The position numbers and the translations under genes are program-made. The notes under the pieces are model-generated. The model was given only the letters and a program-made list of their open reading frames with translations. It was not told the DNA's origin and made no database searches. This document shows, one piece after another, positions 48,832 to 55,222 of a DNA stretch of 64,000 nucleotides (positions are counted from its first letter, which is position 1; every line of letters starts with the position of its first letter). Location of the stretch: positions 915,594 to 979,593 of the forward strand of contig CAWETG010000001.1 of NCBI GenBank assembly GCA_963812035.1. Direction: 5' to 3'. Origin of the DNA: an uncultured Gemmatimonadales bacterium (GTDB taxonomy: Bacteria; Gemmatimonadota; Gemmatimonadetes; Gemmatimonadales; JACORV01).

Positions 48832-49190
48832 CCACTTGGTTCCTCGGTGCCGATCGCGGCGTCTGTCGCGGCCTTGGTATCCTCGAGCAGCTGCTCCAGG
48901 GTGCCACCGTGGTCCAGATGCGACTGCAGGAGATTCCCGGCCGCGTCAGGAGTCCAGGGCTCCTCGCCCGGCGCGAGAGGCGCGAGCCCGCGCCACTTGT
49001 CGGTCGCCCCGATCCGCGCACCGGCCCAGATGACCCAGCGGAGCGCCGAAACCGTCTTTCTCGCGCCGAGGATGTCCGCGAGACCCTCGTCGGCCGCGTC
49101 CTCGATCCGCGTCATGCTGTTGATGTCGAGCCTGATGTAGACCGGCTCGGCGACGCCACGCATTCGCAAAGGAATTCCCAACGGTGGCAT
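48771..49190 (-). CDS. tail assembly chaperone (gpG-like)
   Basis: 139 aa immediately upstream of the TMP. ..IRLDINSMTRIEDAADEGLADIL.. with an acidic, Pro-rich tail. Assignment rests on position and pattern. Confidence 0.5.
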   Translation of the reverse strand: MPPLGIPLRMRGVAEPVYIRLDINSMTRIEDAADEGLADILGARKTVSALRWVIWAGARIGATDKWRGLAPLAPGEEPWTPDAAGNLLQSHLDHGGTLEQLLEDTKAATDAAIGTEEPSGPPPGTPAPVPPPASDSATG

Positions 49191-49277
49191 GACAGACCTC
49201 CTGCGGTTCTACAGTTCAGGCCTCGAGCAGCAGGCCGGGAATTCCCGGCTCGATCGCGACGGCGCCCAGGCGCACAC

Positions 49278-49508
49278 TCACTGCACCGCCGCGGCTGCGG
49301 CCGGACGCTCCGCCTCGGCCGCATTCTGCCGCTTCCACCGCTTCACGGAGGCGACACTAATCAGGTAGCGGCCGTTCACGCGCCTTGCCTCGAGCTTTCC
49401 GGCGAGGACGAGGTTGTAGGCTCGGGCCCAGGTGCAGCCGATGGACCGGCACACTTCGGGGAGCGTGATCTCCAGGCCGGCGGTCTTCGTGGGGGCACGA
49501 TCTCGCAT
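49278..49508 (-). CDS. excisionase-family HTH (HTH_17-like) DNA-binding protein
   Basis: 76 aa. ITLPEVCRSIGCTWARAYNLVLAGKLEARRVNGRYLISVASVKRW. Confidence 0.6.
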   Translation of the reverse strand: MRDRAPTKTAGLEITLPEVCRSIGCTWARAYNLVLAGKLEARRVNGRYLISVASVKRWKRQNAAEAERPAAAAAVQ

Positions 49509-49712
49509 TCCGTCTCCAGGGTGCTCGGACGATGGTAGGATGCGGCCCGCGGCCAGGTCCCACCAAAGACCCGACCGCTGAACTCCTCTCTTACGTTGCC
49601 GAGTCGGTTGGGACCTAGTCGGGGGGAGGGGCGGGGAGTTGCGGGTCGAAGTGCGCGGGCCCAGGTTGCCGCGCGTGAACCGGGTGGCTTCGCGCTCACA
49701 CTTGCCAGATCC

Positions 49713-49741
49713 CGCGCCCCGCGACTCCTCGACGGGGCGCG
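49713..49741 (-). terminator. hairpin after the 241-aa membrane protein gene
   Basis: 9-bp perfect stem cgcgccccg/cggggcgcg with an 11-nt loop, 8 nt past the stop. No U-tract. Confidence 0.35.
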
Positions 49742-49748
49742 CGGCGTT

Positions 49749-50474
49749 TCAGGGATGCAGCAACGGCACCGGCTGCCAGGTTTCGAAGGGCAGGAGCAGC
49801 CCCACCACGGCTCCAGCTAGGACATAGACCGGCGCGTTCCCGAAGAGCACGCCGGCCACGAGGCCGATCCCGGCGCCCGTCGCGATCCCCAGCTCGTAGC
49901 TCTTGTGGCTCACCTCGACCAGGGCAATCGAACGCGTGGGCATGGCGAGGGCTTGGGCGCCTTCCCGGACCGCGAGCGTGTCCGGATGCGCGAACAGCAA
50001 GCTCCCCGTGTAACGTGCGCCCTGCGTCGTGGTGACGCGCACCAAGGCGTCCGGGTCAAGGCCGAGTGCGTGCGCCACGGCGGGCCATCCCTCAGCCGGC
50101 GCCAGCATGCCGCCGGCGTTGCGAGCGGTGAGGTCCAGCGCCGTGGAGTCACCGCGCACGGTCAGGGCCAAGCTCCAGCTGAATTCCTGGCCGCGCCAGA
50201 CGTAGGGCCGGAAGGACGTCACACGATACTCGCCCGCCGGCAAAGCCACGGCCGCGACCCCATGGTCATCGGTCAGCGCCGGCATCGTCTCACTGCCGCG
50301 ATGGATTAGCAGCATGAAGTGCGGCACCGGTGCGGGTGTCGCGCCCGAGTCCGAGAGGCTCACCGTGAGGCGCACGGGCACCCGTGTGACCTGGGCCTGG
50401 GCCGTCAACCCGACCACCAGCAGACAGGCGGCTGCCACGAGCGTACGGCCGATCGCGACGGCGCGGGATTCCAT
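49749..50474 (-). CDS. secreted/membrane-anchored hypothetical protein
   Basis: 241 aa. Signal peptide, beta-rich middle (AGEYRVTSF), C-terminal TM GAGIGLVAGVLFGNAPVYVLAGAVVGLLL. Confidence 0.5.
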   Translation of the reverse strand: MESRAVAIGRTLVAAACLLVVGLTAQAQVTRVPVRLTVSLSDSGATPAPVPHFMLLIHRGSETMPALTDDHGVAAVALPAGEYRVTSFRPYVWRGQEFSWSLALTVRGDSTALDLTARNAGGMLAPAEGWPAVAHALGLDPDALVRVTTTQGARYTGSLLFAHPDTLAVREGAQALAMPTRSIALVEVSHKSYELGIATGAGIGLVAGVLFGNAPVYVLAGAVVGLLLPFETWQPVPLLHP

Positions 50475-50522
50475 GCGGCGGGTCTCCAGGTGAAGGAACT
50501 TCCGGAAGGTGCGTCCGAGGCG

Positions 50523-51083
50523 TTAGGGACCCGTCACATGGGCCCGGGAGAGCTCCCGCCACCCAGCCTCGCGCAGGATCCCGCGGACCTGGCGCCCGCT
50601 CAGCGTCTCGCGCTCGAGCAGTGCCGCGGCGACGACCTCGATCGCGGGCCACCACCGCGCGACGTTGCGCGTCGTCAGGAGCTCCAGGTAGTGCAGGTAG
50701 GCGTGCACTACTTGGGCGAGTTCCCCTGCGGCGTTGCCCACCTCGAGACGCTCGCCGAAGCGGCGGAACGCGAGATCGGCCACCCGCCCCAGGTCCTTGA
50801 GAGCGCCGACGCGATCGCTGCGACCGGTGCGCTTCCTCTGCGCAATAGGGCCAGCGAAGGCGACGATGATCTCCTTCTCGAGGCGGTCCAGGGTCCGCAG
50901 GCCACGCCCGCCCGGATGAAACGGCACGCCATGGACGCCGCCGGCGCTGCCGGCCTGCCGATCGCGGACGATCGTCACTGACCTGATCGGCAGGAGCTGC
51001 CGGCACATGGCGACGACGTGGCCGGCTTCGTGGTAGGCGGTCGTCTCGCGTCGGCGCTCCGTCTGGAGGCTCCGCCGGCTCAT
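50523..51083 (-). CDS. stand-alone FtsH-type (peptidase M41-like) zinc metalloprotease domain
   Basis: From ATG 51083 (GGAGGTGAC upstream; ATGA overlap with the upstream gene). TTAYHEAGHVV HEXXH motif as in FtsH, ..FAGPIAQRK..GALKDL..ALLERETLSGRQV. No AAA+ module or TM segment. Confidence 0.65.
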   Translation of the reverse strand: MSRRSLQTERRRETTAYHEAGHVVAMCRQLLPIRSVTIVRDRQAGSAGGVHGVPFHPGGRGLRTLDRLEKEIIVAFAGPIAQRKRTGRSDRVGALKDLGRVADLAFRRFGERLEVGNAAGELAQVVHAYLHYLELLTTRNVARWWPAIEVVAAALLERETLSGRQVRGILREAGWRELSRAHVTGP

Positions 51084-51313
51084 GTCACCTCCGTGGTACG
51101 CTGCTCGAGCCAGCGCCGCACGTCGTACTCCCACCACCCGCGCTTGACGTGGCCAATGCGCACCTTGCCGGCCTTGACGTTCCGCAGCACCCATTGCCGC
51201 GTCACCTGGCCACGGAAGATGTCCGCCGCCACCTCCTCCGCCGTCAAGAGGCGCCCGCGATCGGGCGGCGGAGCCAGTGGTGTCCCGCGGTCTCCGACCG
51301 GAATGCCCCTCAC
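51080..51313 (-). CDS. HTH_17/excisionase-family DNA-binding protein
   Basis: GTG 51313 forms a GTGA overlap with the upstream gene. LLTAEEVAADIFRGQVTRQWVLRNVKAGKVRIGHVKRGWWEYDVRRWL. Confidence 0.55.
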   Translation of the reverse strand: MRGIPVGDRGTPLAPPPDRGRLLTAEEVAADIFRGQVTRQWVLRNVKAGKVRIGHVKRGWWEYDVRRWLEQRTTEVT

Positions 51314-51510
51314 TCGGCCCCCACCTCGATCCACTCGAGCACGTGGGCAGCCAGGTAGCGCCGCCGATTCCCCACGTACCAGGAGCGGATCGGCAGGGTC
51401 TCGACCTTCCGCACCGACAGCTGGAGCCAGTCGGCTAGTTGCTCCACCGTGAGCACGGTCTCCGGCGGGTAGCTGACCGGCGCGCGCTCGATCTTCCCGG
51501 CCACGGTCAC
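51310..51510 (-). CDS. HTH_17/excisionase-family DNA-binding protein
   Basis: 66 aa. LTVEQLADWLQLSVRKVETLPIRSWYVGNRRRYLAAHVLEWI. Confidence 0.6.
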   Translation of the reverse strand: MTVAGKIERAPVSYPPETVLTVEQLADWLQLSVRKVETLPIRSWYVGNRRRYLAAHVLEWIEVGAE

Positions 51511-51983
51511 GCCGCCCCAGCGGGGGCCGGCGCGCTCGCGTTCGGCGCCACGGATAGCAGCAAGTCATGGGGCCACAGCACAGCGTACCACAGATCCGGC
51601 CGCTTGGCGATGGCCTGGGCAGCCACATGCTCAGCGGCCAGCCGCGCTTCCTCAACGAGCGCGCCGCCGATGTCACCCTCGAGCTGATCTCCATCTTCGG
51701 CGCAGTCGTATCCGCTCGCGTAGATGCCGTCGGTTCCAAGGCCAACGAGCCGCGCCCGCCGTGCCCGTGTGGCGCCTTCGCCAGCGACATCCAGGAAGTT
51801 GCGGAGCGCCAAGGTGAACAGCTCCTTGGTGTCTAGGTGGGCCTCGTCCACCGCCCGCTCCGCGTGCTCAAACAGCGCGGCGGCGTTAAGGAGGTCGGCC
51901 AGGATCCTGGTGGCGTACTCCATCAGGCTCGTGCTGCCGTCCACCAGGTCGGCGTCACAGAGTGCTGTGCAGCCACCGAACAT
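51507..51983 (-). CDS. hypothetical acidic protein, first gene of the HTH/protease operon
   Basis: Track ORF 51507..51989. ATG 51983 is preceded by AGGGAG. No family recognised. Confidence 0.45.
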   Translation of the reverse strand: MFGGCTALCDADLVDGSTSLMEYATRILADLLNAAALFEHAERAVDEAHLDTKELFTLALRNFLDVAGEGATRARRARLVGLGTDGIYASGYDCAEDGDQLEGDIGGALVEEARLAAEHVAAQAIAKRPDLWYAVLWPHDLLLSVAPNASAPAPAGAA

Positions 51984-52031
51984 TGTCACTCCCTGCGGCC
52001 GGGGCCGCGGTGTGGGGTTGGCGCGAGGCCT

Positions 52032-52063
52032 ATACGCTCTAACGTGTACACTCTAGAGGGTAT
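52032..52063. promoter_or_regulatory. operator-like 32-bp imperfect palindrome in the divergent switch region
   Basis: atacgctctaacGTGTACACtctagagggtat. 13 of 16 mirrored pairs, with a perfect GTGTACAC centre. Lies between the 51983 (-) and 52098 (+) starts. Confidence 0.5.
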
Positions 52064-52097
52064 GGACGCAAGAGGGGGCAGCGCCTAGATTCGGGGC

Positions 52098-52367
52098 ATG
52101 AGCCCCACGACGTTGCACCTGCGGGAGGTCCGGCAGGCCAAGGGCCTGAGCCAGGTGAAGCTGGGCCGGCGCGCGAAGGTCCGGCAGGCGACGATCAGCG
52201 CCCTCGAGAGCGGACGGGTCCGCAATCTCGACCTGGACATCCTCGATCGGCTGGCGGCCGTCCTGGAAGTCCAGCCCGTGGTGCTGCTCGGCTGGGAACC
52301 GGAGCAAGCGTCGGAGCGATCGCCCGCCAAGGGGCCCCGAGGGCCGCGGCGCTCCAGGAGGCGCTAG
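52098..52367 (+). CDS. XRE-family (Cro/CI-type) HTH transcriptional regulator
   Basis: 89 aa. LREVRQAKGLSQVKLGRRAKVRQATISALESGR. Confidence 0.8.
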   Translation: MSPTTLHLREVRQAKGLSQVKLGRRAKVRQATISALESGRVRNLDLDILDRLAAVLEVQPVVLLGWEPEQASERSPAKGPRGPRRSRRR

Positions 52368-52501
52368 GACGGGCGACCCGGTTGAGAACGGGCGCGCCTG
52401 GGGTCACTTGGACACCCCCCGAGAAACACGCTCGCCCTAGGGCAACATCGCGCGTTATACGCGACACCGCTTAACATAATGCCTAGTATACGAAGTCGGC
52501 G

Positions 52502-52533
52502 AGAGAAACCCTAGCAACGGCGCGGGTTTCTCT
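52502..52533 (+). other. 10-bp stem hairpin in a 574-bp ORF-poor gap
   Basis: agagaaaccc / gggtttctct with a 12-nt loop. It follows the only AT-rich patch of the gap (ttatacgcgacaccgcttaacataatgcctagtatacg). Confidence 0.4.
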
Positions 52534-52941
52534 GGCAGGCGCGCGACGGCGGAAGTTATCTGCTCCCACGGCCGCGCCGTGCAGACGCCTGCACGCGCCA
52601 GACGGTCCATCAGCGCGCCCCCGTGGCCGGCGGTCACCCGCGCGGCGATCGGCCTCCTCGCTGTCTGCGCAACCGCGTGGCGCGCAGCTCCACGTCCGGA
52701 CAGGCACACACACCGCCCTCGACTCGATCGCGCGTCGTGGGCCAACCTAGAGAGCATGGAGGTCGCCGGTGCGCTCCGTGGCGCGCGCGCCGGCGCGGTC
52801 GCACACCCTGGCTCGTGCAGCGGTGCCCTGGCGCCACTTCGGGCGGAGAGGTTGAATAGGGGGCAGGTGTCGTGTGGCTGGCAGGTGGTCGCCCGCCGCA
52901 GTCTCAGGGAACCGTGAAGCACTGCCTCTCCCGGATGGGCC

Positions 52942-53880
52942 ATGACCGACCACGTGGCGAGTTTGGCGTCTTACCAGCACATCCTGCAACGCATCCAGGC
53001 CGCCTGGCCTGTTTTTCTGGAGAAGCGCAGTGCCCGCCTGGAGCAGCAACGCCGCTATGGAGCGGCCGCCGAGAAGGTCGCTGAGAACATCGTGGAGGAT
53101 CTCTTCACGGAGGTCCTGGACTGGACGGTGGCGGACCTGAATAACCAGGTCGAGTACGCGGACCTGCTGCTCTCTCGGCTCGGCATCAAGTACCTCCTCA
53201 TCGAAGTAAAGCGCCCTGGCGCCCTGGCGTGGCACCGCCGCGCCATGGATCTGGCGCTGGACCAGGCGGTGCGCTACGCGAGCGAACAGAAGGTGAAATG
53301 CGTGGCGGTCAGCGACGGCGTGATGCTGTATGCTGCGGACCACGAGCACGGTGGCCTTCGGGATCGGGTCTTCGTTACGCTGGCGACGCCGGAGGCACCT
53401 GAAGCCCTGTGGTGGCTGAGCGTCCACGGCATCTACCGGCCCCGGGAGGAGACGGAGGGTGCGGTGTTGAGGCTCCTGCCCGAGGACGCGCCGGCTGAGC
53501 CGGCGAGCGCCCAGCTGGCGCCGGGATTGCTGGTGCACCCGAAGTACCGCCTCCCGGCACCGTGCTTCGCATTTGTGGGCGACCCGGATGCCATGGAAAC
53601 GTGGAAGCTGCCGTATCGTCTTGCAGACGGCAGCCCGGATGTGAAGCGCCTTCCGAAGGCGATCCAGGCCATTCTGAGTAACTACCGCGGCACCAAGGTG
53701 TCGGGCATACCTGAGAAGGACATCCCGGATGTGTTGGTGCGGTTGGCACAGGAGGCGGTCAGGTTGGGGCGCATGCCCCGCCAGGGTGGTGAGAGCGCCC
53801 CCGTGTATGAACAGCTCGCGGAGGCACTGGAGCAGTTGGGACGCCTTGGGGAGATCGGAGGGACCGACTCGTCGCAGTAG
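52942..53880 (+). CDS. PD-(D/E)XK-like (HsdR-N-terminal-type) nuclease-fold protein with an uncharacterised C-terminal domain
   Basis: 312 aa. YADLLLSRLGIKYLLIEVKRPG = D-x13-E-x-K. C-terminal ..METWKLPYRLADGSPDVKRLPKAIQAILSNYRGTKVSGIPEKD.. Confidence 0.55.
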   Translation: MTDHVASLASYQHILQRIQAAWPVFLEKRSARLEQQRRYGAAAEKVAENIVEDLFTEVLDWTVADLNNQVEYADLLLSRLGIKYLLIEVKRPGALAWHRRAMDLALDQAVRYASEQKVKCVAVSDGVMLYAADHEHGGLRDRVFVTLATPEAPEALWWLSVHGIYRPREETEGAVLRLLPEDAPAEPASAQLAPGLLVHPKYRLPAPCFAFVGDPDAMETWKLPYRLADGSPDVKRLPKAIQAILSNYRGTKVSGIPEKDIPDVLVRLAQEAVRLGRMPRQGGESAPVYEQLAEALEQLGRLGEIGGTDSSQ

Positions 53881-54113
53881 CGAGCGCGCTCGGCGAGCTC
53901 TGGCTCGACGCCTTCGAGGGCGGCCTCAAGGCTCTGTTCCCCGACCACTTCGGCGACGTGGACTGGCACTGCGTCCTGGACCGCGCCAGCCTCGCCGTGA
54001 CCGCCGGCCACCGACTAGGCGGCGCAAGCGTGACCGCCGAGCTCCCTCGGCGCTACCTCGAGCAGAACCCGTGGCTCCTCGCTGGCGAGCTGCTCGGTAG
54101 TGGGTCAGTTTGA
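53877..54113 (+). pseudogene. high-GC3 coding segment without a start codon; probably the frameshifted continuation of the 312-aa gene
   Basis: The frame overlapping TAG 53878-53880 reads VASALGELWLDAFEGGLKALFPDHFGDVDWHCVLDRASLAVTAGHRLGGASVTAELPRRYLEQNPWLLAGELLGSGSV*. Nearly every third position is G/C. No ATG/GTG/TTG occurs before codon 21, and GC3 collapses upstream in this frame. Confidence 0.4.
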
Positions 54114-54184
54114 ACTCCGTTGAGAATTGAGCAAGCCAACTAGTTCGTCCACGGTCCAACGGGGAAGCGGGAGGGGCCCTGCCC

Positions 54185-54511
54185 ATGCATGCGCGCCTGG
54201 CGGGAGGCTTTGCCCCGGCGCCCATGCTCGCAGGCGGCTGGTATCCGGTGATCGCGCGCGAAGGCGACCAAGTCACCATCTCGGTCGACGGAGCCACCTA
54301 CGCCGTGCACGAGTCCTTCCTCGAGCTCAGCGCGCACAAGCGGCCAAACGCGACCTGGGCCTTCGACCCCGGCCACGCCGACGCCACCGGCTTTGCTGAT
54401 TTGGCCGCGACCGTCGTCTGCCCGGCCGGCCACCACATCACGGGGGTCGCGCCGGCGAGGCCGAGCTGCCGCTGCGGTCGGTGCGGCCGGGAGTACGGAA
54501 TCGAAACCTGA
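54185..54511 (+). CDS. hypothetical protein with C-terminal Cys/His ribbon
   Basis: 108 aa. GGGAGGGG 9 nt upstream of the ATG. CPAGHH..CRCGRCG. Confidence 0.4.
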   Translation: MHARLAGGFAPAPMLAGGWYPVIAREGDQVTISVDGATYAVHESFLELSAHKRPNATWAFDPGHADATGFADLAATVVCPAGHHITGVAPARPSCRCGRCGREYGIET

Positions 54512-54746
54512 CGCGGCCTTTCTCGGCCGCCGTGGACGTCCAGGCCGTCAAGCACGCGCATCGCGCCCTGGATCTTCGAGGCGGGCGCCCTGGCGCGTAG
54601 CAGGAGATCTGCCTCTATAGCGCGCCACCTCCGCGCCGGTGCCACCGGACTACCGCTGCGGGGGCGATCGACAGCCAGGGGCGCGACGGCGTGCGCAGCG
54701 CGCGCGCTGGTGGTCGTTCACGCGACGACAAAGGAGTTGCCGTTGG

Positions 54747-54767
54747 CTGGTGGCATTTCTGGTGGCA
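54747..54767 (+). promoter_or_regulatory. candidate arm-type integrase binding sites (2 x CTGGTGGCA, 12-bp phasing)
   Basis: ctggtggcatttctggtggca, 120 nt inside attR. Nearby repeats AGCGGACTCAG / AGCGGACTGAG and the palindrome CCGCTTAAGCGG. Confidence 0.5.
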
Positions 54768-54886
54768 AACCGTGCCGGAATCGTACCGCTTAAGCGGACT
54801 CAGACGGACAGGCGCGCGCGTCGCAAGCGGAACAGGATGGACTAGTTGGCTCCGTAGCGGACTGAGCGGGACGGCGCTCGATGTTC

Positions 54887-54925
<39 letters not shown>

Positions 54926-54996
54926 TGCGGGGAGGAAGTTCACACGGGCAGAGGCCATTCTCAAGGCGACCGTCTCGCGCGATCACTCCTCCACCT

Positions 54997-55149
54997 TCAC
55001 GACGCCACCCGCGTCACGGCCCTCAACACTGCCTCGCGGTATTCCGCCGGCGAGAGGACATCGGCATCGGGGCCGTACTGCAGAACATGACGAACGGGCC
55101 ACGATGGGTCCGCGACCCTCAAGGTGATGAGGTCGGAGCGGGTGCTCAC
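54997..55149 (-). CDS. 50-aa ORF resembling the C-terminal (WCX-like) tail of WYL-domain regulators
   Basis: GGAGG 6 nt before GTG 55149. VSTRSDLITLRVADPSWPVRHVLQYGPDADVLSPAEYREAVLRAVTRVAS. Not on the ORF track (under 60 aa). Confidence 0.3.
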   Translation of the reverse strand: MSTRSDLITLRVADPSWPVRHVLQYGPDADVLSPAEYREAVLRAVTRVAS

Positions 55150-55222
55150 AGTGTGCCTCCGGGGCCACGAGACGCCAGAAGGGTCGGCAGGAGGTGCGAC
55201 GTGGTGACGCGCCGGCCGGACC

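Noticed and set aside
52739-52751. 13-mer gggccaacctaga shared with 61946-61958.
   Set aside because: Exact 13-mer matches are expected by chance tens of times in 64 kb of GC-biased sequence, and the flanks do not extend the match.
52455-52943. Track ORFs in the 574-bp gap before the nuclease-like gene (52455..52943 -, 52579..52917 +, 52623..52859 +).
   Set aside because: The translations are Arg/Ala/Pro-rich with no RBS or family signal, and GC3 is similar in all frames. The 52579 frame has one hydrophobic stretch (AAIGLLAVCATAW), so a small lipoprotein cannot be fully excluded.
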